From the NCBI GenBank assembly GCA_964016885.1, contig OZ024745.1, positions 73,098,001 to 73,162,000 of the forward strand: 64,000 bases of DNA. Direction: 5' to 3'. Positions 33,574 through 48,908 of the stretch are shown one piece after another. This DNA comes from Eledone cirrhosa (lineage: Eukaryota). Within the stretch, counting starts at the first letter, position 1; the number at the start of each line of letters is the position of its first letter. Made by a program: the position numbers and the translations under genes. The notes beneath the pieces are model-generated. The model was not told the origin of the DNA. It was given only the letters and a program-made list of their open reading frames with translations, and ran no database searches.

Positions 33574-33773
33574 NNNNNNNNNNNNNNNNNNNNNNNNNNN
33601 NNNNNNNNNNNNNNNNNNNNNNNNNNNNNNNNNNNNNNNNNNNNNNNNNNNNNNNNNNNNNNNNNNNNNNNNNNNNNNNNNNNNNNNNNNNNNNNNNNNN
33701 NNNNNNNNNNNNNNNNNNNNNNNNNNNNNNNNNNNNNNNNNNNNNNNNNNNNNNNNNNNNNNNNNNNNNNNNN
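33574..33773. other. Assembly gap (200 N)
   Basis: Run of N. Confidence 1.
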
Positions 33774-33818
33774 AAACCCATGCAAGCGTGGAACACGGAC
33801 GTTAAACGTTGATGATGA
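33774..33818 (+). mobile_element. RTE family 1 3' tail emerging from the gap
   Basis: AAACCCATGCAAGCGTGGAACACGGACGTTAAACGTTGATGATG is identical to the tail near 39564-39607. Confidence 0.85.
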
Positions 33819-33860
33819 TATATATATATATGTATATATAATATATGTATATCAATGTAC

Positions 33861-33910
<50 letters not shown>

Positions 33911-34401
33911 GTATATACATATATATATATATGTTATATATATATATATGTATATATATGTATATGTGTATATATGTATATATATGTATATGTGTATATA
34001 TGTATATATATGTATATATGTTTATATATGTATATATGTATATATATATGTATATATATGTATATATATATATGTATATATATGTATATATATGATATAT
34101 ATATATGTATATATATGTATATATGTATATATATATGTATATATATATGTATATATGTATATATGTATATATATATGTATATATATGTATATATATGTAT
34201 ATATATATGTATATATATGTATATATATATGTATATATATGTATATATATGTATATATATATGTATATATATGTATATATATATGTATGTATATATATAT
34301 GTATATATATATGTATATATATGTATATATATGTATATATGTATATATATATATGTATATATATGTATATATATATATTTATATATATATGTATATATAT
34401 G

Positions 34402-34464
<63 letters not shown>

Positions 34465-34480
34465 GTATATATATATATAC

Positions 34481-34511
<31 letters not shown>

Positions 34512-34625
34512 ATATATATATATACATATATATATATATACATATATATATATACATATATATATATACATATATATATATACATATATATTAAATATAT
34601 ATATACATATATAATATATATATAC

Positions 34626-34656
<31 letters not shown>

Positions 34657-34688
34657 ATATATATATATAATATATATATACATATATG

Positions 34689-34745
<57 letters not shown>

Positions 34746-34772
34746 GTATATATATATGTATATATATATATG

Positions 34773-34835
<63 letters not shown>

Positions 34836-34902
34836 GTATATATATATGTATATATATATATATGTATATATATGTATATATATATATACATATATATATA
34901 CA

Positions 34903-35047
<145 letters not shown>

Positions 35048-35243
35048 GTATATATATATGTATATATATATATATGTATATAATGTATATATATATATGT
35101 ATATATATATATGTATGTATATATATATGTAATATATATATATATGTATATATATATATGTATATATATATATAATGTATATATATATGTATATATATAT
35201 ATATGTATATATATGTATATATATATATACATATATATATACA

Positions 35244-35308
<65 letters not shown>

Positions 35309-35323
35309 GTATATATATATATG

Positions 35324-35354
<31 letters not shown>

Positions 35355-35467
35355 GTATATATATATGTATATATATATATATGTATATATATGTATATAT
35401 ATATATGTATATATATATATGTATGTATATATATATGTATATATATATATATGTATATATATATATG

Positions 35468-35514
<47 letters not shown>

Positions 35515-36381
35515 GTATATATATATGTATATATATATATAGTATATATATATGTATATATATATATGTATATATATATATGTATATATATATGTGTATA
35601 TATATATGTATATATATATATGTATATATATGTATATATATATATGTATATATATATGTATATATGTATATATATATGTATATATATATGTATATATGTA
35701 TATATATATGTATATATATATATATGTATATATATATGTTATATATATGTATATATATATGTATATATATATGTATATATATATGTATATATATATATGT
35801 ATATATATATGTATATGTATATATATATGTATATATATATGTATATATATATGTATATATATATGTATATATTATGTATATATATATGTATATATATATG
35901 TATATATATATGTATATATATATGTATATATATATGTATATATATATGTATATATATATGTATATATATATGTATATATATATGTATATATATATGTATA
36001 TATATGTATATATATATGTATATATATATATGTATATATATATGTATATATATATGTATATATATATGTATATATATATATGTATATATATATGTATATA
36101 TATATATGTATATATATATATGTATATATATATATGTATATATATATATGTATATATATATGTATATATATATATGTATATATATATGTATATATATATG
36201 TATATATATATATGTATATATATATGTATATATATATATGTATATATATGTATATATATATGTATATATATATGTATATATATATATATGTATATATATA
36301 TATGTGTATATATATATGTATATATATATATGTATATATATATATGTATATATATATATATGTATATGTATATGTATATAT

Positions 36382-36414
<33 letters not shown>

Positions 36415-36442
36415 TATATATATATGTATATGTATATATATG

Positions 36443-36477
<35 letters not shown>

Positions 36478-36862
36478 GTATATATATGTATATATGTATA
36501 TATATATGTATATGTATATATGTATATATATGTATATATGTATATATATATGTATATATATATGTATATATATATATATATATGTATATATATAAGTATA
36601 TATATATGTATATATATATGTATATATATATATGTATATATATATGTATATATATATATGTATATATATATGTATATATATATATGTATATATATATGTA
36701 TATATATATATGTATATATATATGTATATATATATGTATATATATATGTAATATATATATATGATATATATATGTATATATATATGTATATATATATGTA
36801 TATATGTATATATATATATGTATATATATATATGTATATATATATGTATGTATATATATATG

Positions 36863-36893
<31 letters not shown>

Positions 36894-37108
36894 GTATATA
36901 TATGTATATATATATATGTATATATATGTATATATATATATATGTATATATATGTATATATGTATATATATATATGTATATATGTATATGTATATGTATA
37001 TATATATATGTATATGTATATGTATGTATATGTATATGTATATATATGTATATGTATGTATATATATATATATGTATGTATATATATGTATATATATATA
37101 TATGTATG

Positions 37109-37139
<31 letters not shown>

Positions 37140-37173
37140 GTATGTATATATATGTATAATATATATATGTATG

Positions 37174-37232
<59 letters not shown>

Positions 37233-37476
37233 GTATATATATATGTATATATGTATATTATATATGTATATATATATGTATATATGTATATATATATATG
37301 TATATATATATGTATATATATATATGTATATATATATATGTATATATATATGTATATATATATATGTATATATATATATGTATATATATATATGTATATA
37401 TGTATATATATATATGTATATATATATGTATATATATATGTATATATATATATGTATTTATATATATGTATATATG

Positions 37477-37547
<71 letters not shown>

Positions 37548-37777
37548 GTATATATATATGTGTATATGTATATATATGTATATATGTATATATATGTATA
37601 TATATATGTATATATATATGTATATATATATGTGTATATGTATGTATATATATATGTATATATATATTTATATATATATGTATATATATATGTATATATA
37701 TATGTGTATATGTATATATGTATATGTATATATATGTATATATGTATATGTATATGTATATATATGTATTATATGTA

Positions 37778-37808
<31 letters not shown>

Positions 37809-38070
37809 ATATATGTATATATATGTATATGTATATATGTATATATATATGTATAAATATATATGTATATATATATATGTATATATATATATGTATATAT
37901 ATATATGTATATATATATATGTATGTATATATTATATGTATATATGTATATATATATATGTATATATGTATATATAATATACTGTATATATATACTATGT
38001 ATATATATATATGTATATATATATATGTATATATATATATGTATGTATATATATATATGTATATATGTAT

Positions 38071-38103
<33 letters not shown>

Positions 38104-38273
38104 TATATATATATGTATATATATATATGTATATATATATAGTTGTATATATATATATGTACTATATATGTATATATATGTATATATATCTATGTATATA
38201 TATGTATATATATATATGTATATATATGTATATGTATATATATGTATATATATATATATATATGTATATGTAT

Positions 38274-38694
38274 ATGATGTGGAAAATGTTCCATCATCAC
38301 TGCCCAAATGATGTTGGCATCGCCTTCAAGATACACCAAGGCTTGGGCCCCGTGCTATCCGCCCATTCAAAATCTAAATCGCAACTCATAACAACAATAC
38401 GGCACAATTATTTCACCTCAATCGGCCCTGCTCTCTTCAACATCACACCAGGACACGTCAAACAGAAACTGACCACACAAAATTCAAGAAGTCTTTGGAC
38501 AAATTCCTCCAAGTAATCCCGGACAAACCACCCACACCCGGATATGTCTCCGCAAACAGTAATTCTCTTCTCGAATGGGCCATGGTGCCCAAATCCTGAA
38601 TTGAAAGACTTCGCCAGGTGGTGCTATTAAGTTAGACATGGCCTGGGCCAATACTGGCCAAAACATTTCAAAGTTATTCAAACTTCAAAGTTAT
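38274..38694 (+). mobile_element. Short 3' fragment of the same CR1-group family as 30080-31926, opposite orientation
   Basis: [21 protein letters not shown]...; near-identical to the reverse complement of 30080-30498; tail TTCAAAGTTA. Confidence 0.95.
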
Positions 38695-38811
38695 ATGTAT
38701 ATATATATATGTATATATATATATGTATGTATATATATGTATATATATATATGTATGTATATATATATATGTATATATATATATGTATGTATATATGTAT
38801 ATATATATATG

Positions 38812-38864
<53 letters not shown>

Positions 38865-39413
38865 GTATATATGTATGTATGTATATATATATGTATGTAT
38901 ATATATGTATATATATATATATATATGTATATGTATATGTATATATATATATACATGTATATATATATATGTATATGTATATATATATACTACATGTATA
39001 TATATATATGTATATATGTATATAATGTATATATGTATATATATATATATGTATATCTATCTACTATGTATCTATATCTATCTGTATATCTATACTATAT
39101 ATATGTATATGTATATATATGTATATATATATATGAATCTATATATATGTATATGTACTACTATGTACTACTACTCTACTATGTATATATATATATGTAT
39201 GTATATATACTGTATATATATATATATGTATATATATATATGTATATATATGTACTATACTATATATATGTATACTACTACTATACTCTATGTATATACT
39301 ATATGTCATATACTATGTACTCTACTACTCTCATCTGTATATCTCTATCACATGTATATATAAGTATATATACTCTATACTGTATCTATATATATATGTA
39401 TATATATATATAT

Positions 39414-39622
39414 GGCCGTGTAGGAACCCACGGTACAAACCTCCCAGACCCACACTGTCAATGTGGTTGGTGTTAGGAAGGGCCTCCACCTGTAGAAAAC
39501 CTGCCAGACAGTCCTATGCGAGCAAGACAATCACTCTTGCCTCAAGTGGGACTACCCCCGTCCAAACCCATGCAAGCGTGGAACACGGACGTTAAACGTT
39601 GATGATGATGATGATGATGATG
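39414..39622 (+). mobile_element. RTE family 1 3' UTR fragment with (GAT)n tail
   Basis: Matches 51436-51635. Confidence 0.9.
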
Positions 39623-39867
39623 TATATATATATATGTATATATATATATGTGTATATATATATGTATATATATATGTTATATATATATGTGTTAACTATC
39701 ATATATGTGTACTATATATATGTATATATATATATATATGTATTATATATATATGAATATATATATGTATATATATACTGTATATATATACTCTGTACTA
39801 CTATATAAGTGTATCTATATACTGTATATATATATATATGTATATATATATATGTGTATATATATAT

Positions 39868-41545
39868 AGGCGATTAGGAACTGCCAACCATGGTCAGGCG
39901 GCCGGACCATCGGAATCAGTTGCTGAGATGCTGAAGGCATCACGGGGACGTAGGCACTAAACTGGTTGCACGCATAATCAATCAGGCTATATATGGTGGT
40001 GTCATACCCAAAGACTGGTGCAGCAGTATTCTCATAAATTGCTACAAAGGTAAAGGGGATACTTTGGAGAGGAGCAATTATAGGGTATAAAACTGATAGA
40101 TCAGGTTATGAAAGTGGCAGAAAGGATTTTAGCACAACTAATTAGAGAAAGGGTCAAACTAGATGAGATGCAGTTTGGTTTTGTGCCTGGGAAGAGTACA
40201 ACAGATGCCCTCTTCTTGGTGAGACAAATGCAAGAGAGGTTCTTAGAGAAGAATAAGCCACTATACTTAGCCTTTGTTGACCTAGAGAAGGCCTTTGATA
40301 GGGTACCACGATCTGTCATCTGGTGGTCCCTAAGGAAGCTGGGTGTTGAGGAATGGCTTGTAAGGACAGTGCAAACTTTGTACAGAGGTACTCTCAGTAA
40401 AGTCAGGGTAGGAATGGAGTTTAGTGAGGAATTCCAGATACAAGTAGGAGTACATCAGGGTTCGGTCCTCAGCCCGCTCTTGTTCATTATAGTCCTCCAA
40501 GCCATAACAGAGGAGTTTAAGACTGGCTGTCCATGGGAACTTTTCTATGCTGACGATCTGGCTCTTATGGCAGAACAGTAGAGGAGCTAGAGAATAAATT
40601 CCGGCTATGGAAACAGCAGTTGGAAGCAAGAGGACTGAGAGTAAATCTAGCTAAGACAAAAGTGTTGATGAGTAGAAAAGAGGACAAAACCCTGATTCCG
40701 TCAGGGAAATGGCCATGTTCGATATGCAGAAAAGGAACTGGCATAAATTCTATAAAATGCACACAATGTAGGTCCTGGGTACACAAGAGATGTAGCGGGA
40801 TAGCAGGCAAACTAACAGGTAGGGAGAAATATGTATGCAGTAGATGTACAGGGAAGTTAGACAGTAGAAGTCGCACTGATAGACACATTTTTCAAATGCG
40901 AGAGGGCGCTATAGAAGTGGTGGATAGCTTCCGGTACCTAGGAGATCAGATTAGCATGGGAGGAGGGTGTTCCGAGGCCATAGTATCTAGAATAAGGACG
41001 GGTTGGAAGAAGTTTAGGGAGCTGCTTCCTCTGTTGACGAAGAAGGGTTTCTCCCTGCGTACGAAAGGCCGGTTGTATGATGCCTGTGTGAGGAGCGCGA
41101 TGCTGCATGGTAGTGAGACATGGGCAGCTACCGCAGAAGATATGCGACGGCTGGAGAGAAATGAGGCAAGCATGCTCCGTTGGATGTGCAGTGTAAATGT
41201 GCGTGAACGACCCAGCATAAATGTGTTGAGAGAGAAACTGTGTCTGAGAGGGATAGAATGTAGTGTACGGGAGAGGAGACTGAGGTGGTATGGACATGTG
41301 ATGCGCATGGAGGATGACCGATGGGTGAAGAAGTGCCAGGAAATGCCAGTTGAAGGAAGACGTGGTAGAGGTAGACCACGAAAAACATGGGCGGAGGTGG
41401 TGAGAACAGACCTCAGATCATTGAAGCTCACGGTGGAGATGACGAGGGACCGTGACGAGTGGAGAGATGCTGTGCTGAATAAGACCCGTCCCACCCTTGC
41501 AAGCAGGGAAAAGCGGACGTAAAATGATGATGATGATGATGATGA
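39868..41545 (+). mobile_element. RTE LINE family 2, 5'-truncated and frameshifted, with PHD finger
   Basis: ORFs 40108-40581 (AFVDLEKAFDRV, GVHQGSVLSP, FYADD) and 40620-41522 (C4HC3 finger, [19 protein letters not shown]); ORF runs into the (ATG)n tail. Confidence 0.95.
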
Positions 41546-43225
<1,680 letters not shown>

Positions 43226-43287
43226 TAAAATATTTAAAAAATAATGAATAAAACAATGAAACAGTTCCTTATATTAAACAAAAAAAG

Positions 43288-43441
43288 TTCATTATTTAAC
43301 GATCGTTTCTGGGATATATATGTGTTAGAATTGGCATGTATATTTAACAGATCTATGTACAAAACTATACAAAATTATACAAACTATCAAAATTAAATAT
43401 ACATACCAACTCATATATATGCCGTCTTCAGAAATAATGAA
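43288..43441 (-). ncRNA. Type I hammerhead ribozyme with 115-nt stem II
   Basis: Reverse complement TTCATTATTT-CTGAAGA-[long hairpin]-GAAA-CGATCG-TT-AAATAATGAA; perfect 10-bp stem I; palindromic stem III ACGATCGT. Confidence 0.8.
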
Positions 43442-44037
43442 ATATATTTATTGATAATAACAACAATTCAAAATTACAGGTCTGTTTGGGAACAGAGTTC
43501 AAATTGACCAATGGAAACACAAAAAGTTTATACAGTTAGGTGTGTGTATATATGTAAGTAACTTCGTTCACAGATATGCATAAAAATATATGTTCACATG
43601 CATACGCATGCCGAAAAGATGTATGTAAATACAAAAATTCAGGGCTAATGTCTCTGTATGTCTATAATCTACAGATAAAATACATATACGCATACAAACA
43701 TATAAATATAAAAATAAATATATACACATTCATATACTCACACATATACATACATTCACACACACACGCGCATATACGCATGAACATACACACAACCACG
43801 AACATACATACACACACACACTCACACACACATATATGTGTATATACTATTATCATAAGCATATGGACATTAATGCGCGCACATAAACACTGCCACACAT
43901 ATTTAGATCCAGATACAGAAAGTAGGTGGGGGGGGGGGGGAAGAGGTCAGTATTTACTGGTGTCAGCAAACTGCCTATTTATAAATGTATCTATAAATTT
44001 AGAAATAAAAAGAAAAAGAAAAAAGAAAAATATTAAG

Positions 44038-44082
<45 letters not shown>

Positions 44083-44108
44083 AAGTAAAATATAAAATAT
44101 ACATCGAT

Positions 44109-44163
<55 letters not shown>

Positions 44164-44447
44164 CATATACATACACATATACATAAACACATACATACAC
44201 ATACATATACATACACACCCCATATATATACACATACACATACACACACGCGCATACATATAGAGACACATACATATACACATATAAATACATAGACATA
44301 TACATATATACACACACATATATATATATATATATATACACACATACATATATACATACATTCACAACACACATATATATATATATATCTATCTATACAC
44401 ACATACATAAATACACTCATGTATATACACATATACACATACATACC

Positions 44448-44491
<44 letters not shown>

Positions 44492-44494
44492 TAC

Positions 44495-44542
<48 letters not shown>

Positions 44543-44597
44543 ACACACACACATATACACAAAGATATATATATATACACACACGTATATAATAAAT

Positions 44598-44664
<67 letters not shown>

Positions 44665-45079
44665 TATATATACATACATACATATATATACTCATACATA
44701 GACATACATATATACACACACACATACACACATACATATACGCATATATACACATACATACACATCCATGTATGCGTATACACATACAAACACAACTACA
44801 CGCTCACACAACTCAGACATACATAAATAAAGGGATATACATACACATATATACATATATAAATAGAGATATATATACACATATAAATATATACACACAT
44901 ACACACATACATACATACATACACATACATACATATATATACATACACACACACATATATATACATATATATATATACATATATATACATATATATAAAA
45001 ATAAAGAAATAAAAAAATAAAATAAATAAATAAATAAATTAATTAATACACCCAGTCAGACAAATATGCACACACATAC

Positions 45080-45138
<59 letters not shown>

Positions 45139-45180
45139 CATATACATACACATATATATATACACATACACACATCAACT

Positions 45181-45232
<52 letters not shown>

Positions 45233-45284
45233 TCACATATACATGCACATATACGTACATATATACACATACACACATATACAC

Positions 45285-45992
45285 CGTAATAGACGAGTTA
45301 CTTGGTATAATGCTCCATTTAATTTACAAATTAAGGATAATATTGCTAAAAAATTTTTTTATATCGTAGAGAAAAACTTCCCGCCAAACCACAAATACCA
45401 TCAAATCTTAAATAGGTCTACAGTTAAATTCTCATACTCAACAACCAATAACATAAAACAAAATATAAGTGCCTATAATGCATATAAATGTAAGAATACC
45501 ATAAGTATACCACCAATACATCAAACTAACCATAATATCTCCTCAAATACAGAATTAACGAAAGGTTGTAACTGTAGAAACAAAGCAAACTGCCCATTAA
45601 AAGGAAATTGTCTTGTTAACAACATAGTTTATAAATGTAATGTTAAAACTAAAGATTCTATTTGCTCATATATAGGAGCTACTTCTAACAATTTTAAGGT
45701 AAGGTTTAATACCCACAAACATAGTTTTAAAAATGCCGCACTGGCTAATACAACATCTCTAGCAGAAAAAATCAATAGTTATAAAAATAAGAATATAGAA
45801 TATGATATGACCTGGAGTGTGCTCAAAAGAGCCACCCCTTATCAAAATAATAGAAATGAATGTAGATTATGTTCCCAAGAACTATTTGAAATAATGAAAT
45901 CTAAGGATATCCTATTAAATAAACGACAGGAATTAATTATATCGTGTAATCATAAACTAAGAAAAACATTTAAATATTATAAACCTAATTAA
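45285..45992 (+). CDS. C-terminal part of a Penelope-like ORF (thumb/linker + GIY-YIG endonuclease), Naiad-like
   Basis: [10 protein letters not shown]...[21 protein letters not shown]...[55 protein letters not shown]; frame is open; the upstream YI part of ORF 45066 is microsatellite. Confidence 0.85.
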   Translation, partial: RNRRVTWYNAPFNLQIKDNIAKKFFYIVEKNFPPNHKYHQILNRSTVKFSYSTTNNIKQNISAYNAYKCKNTISIPPIHQTNHNISSNTELTKGCNCRNKANCPLKGNCLVNNIVYKCNVKTKDSICSYIGATSNNFKVRFNTHKHSFKNAALANTTSLAEKINSYKNKNIEYDMTWSVLKRATPYQNNRNECRLCSQELFEIMKSKDILLNKRQELIISCNHKLRKTFKYYKPN

Positions 45993-46479
45993 TAACATTA
46001 TTTTAGATATTAATATATAATTTAATTTAAATGTTAGTTAACCTATAAATTTAATTTAATTAAAATTCTACTACAGATGAGATTATAAAATATTGTGTAA
46101 TCATAAATTGTGAAAAACTTTTAAATATTACTAATATATACTTTGTAAATTAATTTATAGATTAATTTTAATTTATTCAACCTGTTATTAAAATTCCTTT
46201 ACAGATAAAATTTAACAAAATATCGTGTATTCAATGACAGAGAAATATTTTTTAATATTATAGACCTAATTAATGTACAATTTAGAAATATATTTATAAT
46301 TTGGTTTTAATTTGGTTAATCTAAAAATTTAATTTAATTGGCTTAAAATTAAAATCCTAATACAGATGGATTGCAGAGTGTCATGTAATCATAGACTGAG
46401 ATAGGTTTTAGATGTATACCTAGTTAATATATTCTTTGCAATTTTTGAAAAAATATGTATATATATATGTATGTGTATA

Positions 46480-46546
<67 letters not shown>

Positions 46547-47224
46547 ATATATATATGTGTGTATATATTAATTTTAATTTTTGTTTACCTATAATTATAT
46601 TCTACTAAAGATAAAATACAATATCTGTTTTAATTATTATAAACCCAATTAACATATACTATAGAAATTAATATATAAATTTTAATTTAGTTAACCTATA
46701 ATTTATATTCTACTACCGATGTAATACTTTATTTGGTTTTTTTCCCTATTACTAAATTCATTTCCTAATATTGATACCATAACGTTAATAATTTTAATTT
46801 AGTTATACTATAATTAATACTCTACTACTATTTAACTTCAAAATTCCGCTTCAAATATTATAAACCTAAGTAGTATACACCTTAGAAATCAATATATTAA
46901 CTATCTTTAATTTAGTTAACCTATAATTAATAGTCTACTTATATTAAAATGCATAATTTTGCCTTCTTTCTTACATTTCCTAATACTGAAACTACTATGT
47001 AAACACATATGATCTAAATGCAGATTAATATTCTATGTTTCTTGAAACCTATATTTACTATAATCCCCTTACCCCCCCTATTATTATTTGTATTTGTAAG
47101 CGTGGATGTATGTATGTATATGTAGGTAGGTATGTATGTTTGGGTGTTTGTATGTGAGTATAAAAATACATATGTGCGCATGTAAATAAGGGTGTATGAT
47201 TGTACGTATATATATGTATGTATG

Positions 47225-47259
<35 letters not shown>

Positions 47260-47359
47260 ATGTATTTATGTGGGTATATGTGTGTATGTATATGTATGCG
47301 CATGTATACGTCTATGTGTATGTGTGTATGTATGTATGTATATGTGCATGTATATGTGA

Positions 47360-47417
<58 letters not shown>

Positions 47418-47459
47418 AGTTGATGTGTGTATGTGTATATATATATATGTATGTATATG

Positions 47460-47496
<37 letters not shown>

Positions 47497-47612
47497 GTGT
47501 ATATATATATATATGTATGTGTGTGCATATTTGTCTGACTGGGTGTATTAATTTATTTATTTATTTCTTTTATTTTTTTATTTCTTTATTTTTATATATA
47601 TGTATATATATG

Positions 47613-47645
<33 letters not shown>

Positions 47646-47948
47646 GTGTGTATGTATATATATGTATGTATGTATGTGTATGTATATGTGTGTGTGTGTG
47701 TATGTGTGTATATATTTATATGTGTATATATATCTCTATTTATATATGTATATATGTGTATGTATATCCCTTTATTTATGTATGTCTGAGTTGTGTGAGC
47801 GTGTGGTTGTGTTTGTATGTGTATACGCATACATGGATGTGTATGTATGTGTATATATGCGTATATGTATGTATGTGTGTATGTGTGTGTGTGTATATAT
47901 GTATGTCTATGTATGAGTATATATATGTATGTATGTATATATATGTGT

Positions 47949-47988
<40 letters not shown>

Positions 47989-48113
47989 AAAGTTATATTT
48001 AAATTGTTGGGTTAACGAGTAAATATTTATAACTGATATAAAAGCACTCAACAAGTATTTGGAGTATATTTATGATATTAAATAAATGGAAACTATATTT
48101 ATAAAACCATATT

Positions 48114-48179
48114 TATTTCGTTATATCTATTTCAGGGATATCATATTAACAATATGTTATGCCTTCTTCAGACAAAATA
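48114..48179 (-). ncRNA. Type I hammerhead ribozyme with extended stem II
   Basis: Reverse complement TATTTTGT-CTGAAGA-AGGcATAaCATATT gtt AATATGaTATcCCT-GAAA-TAGATA-TA-ACGAAATA; AUA triplet. Confidence 0.75.
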
Positions 48180-48908
48180 CAATATAAACAGTCTTATAAA
48201 TAAATAGATACGACATACCTTTCAATAACCTTGCATTTGGGAGGTTGATTTGGCAGTAAAAAATATTGTGGACAGTTGTAAAAAGAAAGAGAGAAAGAAA
48301 GAAAGAAAGAGAAACGAAGAAAAAGAAGAAATGCATGTGACTAAATAGAGAGATATAGAAAGATAGATAAAGAGAAGAACTTCATGTAAAGAAACAGAGA
48401 GAAATATATATAGAGAGAGGAAAAAAGAAAGAGATAGATAGAGATAGATAGAGAAACTAGGAAGTTGAGTATCGGTTGATACATTTATTTATTTATTTAT
48501 TTATTTATTTAGCTCTAGTATTAATGTAAAGAGAGATGTATGTAGTTAAGAGAGAAAATAGCTGTTATATAGAGAGAAAAAAGAGAAAATGAAAAAGAGA
48601 AAATGAAAATAACCAGACATAAACGAGGCAGAATTTAAAAACGCTATGTTTTATCCTGTAGAAAATATTATTTCGTATAAAACAGGCATTATAATGTAAA
48701 TATCAGTATTCATGAATGAGACATGTATCTATAATGTGTGAAAAGTAATGATCTTATGTCTAGTTTTTAAAAATTCATATGTTTATATCATAATTATAAA
48801 CAAACTCCTAATTCACACGAAAACATTCTCATTGTGCTATAAAAATGTGGTTGAGTCATGATTGAAAAACTTATTTTAAACGCTATGGAAATTTTAGATA
48901 TATAATAA

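Larger units (their letters stand above)
43226..47985 (+). mobile_element. Penelope-like element A: 5'-truncated, with an inverted copy of its 3' region upstream
   Basis: GIY-YIG ORF; inverted arms about 44640-45284 and 47310-47985 (e.g. ACACCCAGTCAGACAAATATGCAC versus GTGCATATTTGTCTGACTGGGTGT); hammerhead at the distal end of the inverted arm. Confidence 0.85.

Noticed and set aside
39000-39850. Unusual TAC/CTA-interrupted microsatellite as a distinct repeat class
   Set aside because: Irregular pattern, with neighbouring TE copies showing scattered single-base indels, suggests low consensus quality.
45285-47100. Possible selenoprotein (UGA-recoded) Penelope ORF, as reported for some Naiad elements
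   Set aside because: Cysteines of the endonuclease motifs use ordinary Cys codons, the ORF ends in TAA, and I saw no convincing SECIS; element B also has no UGA at those positions.
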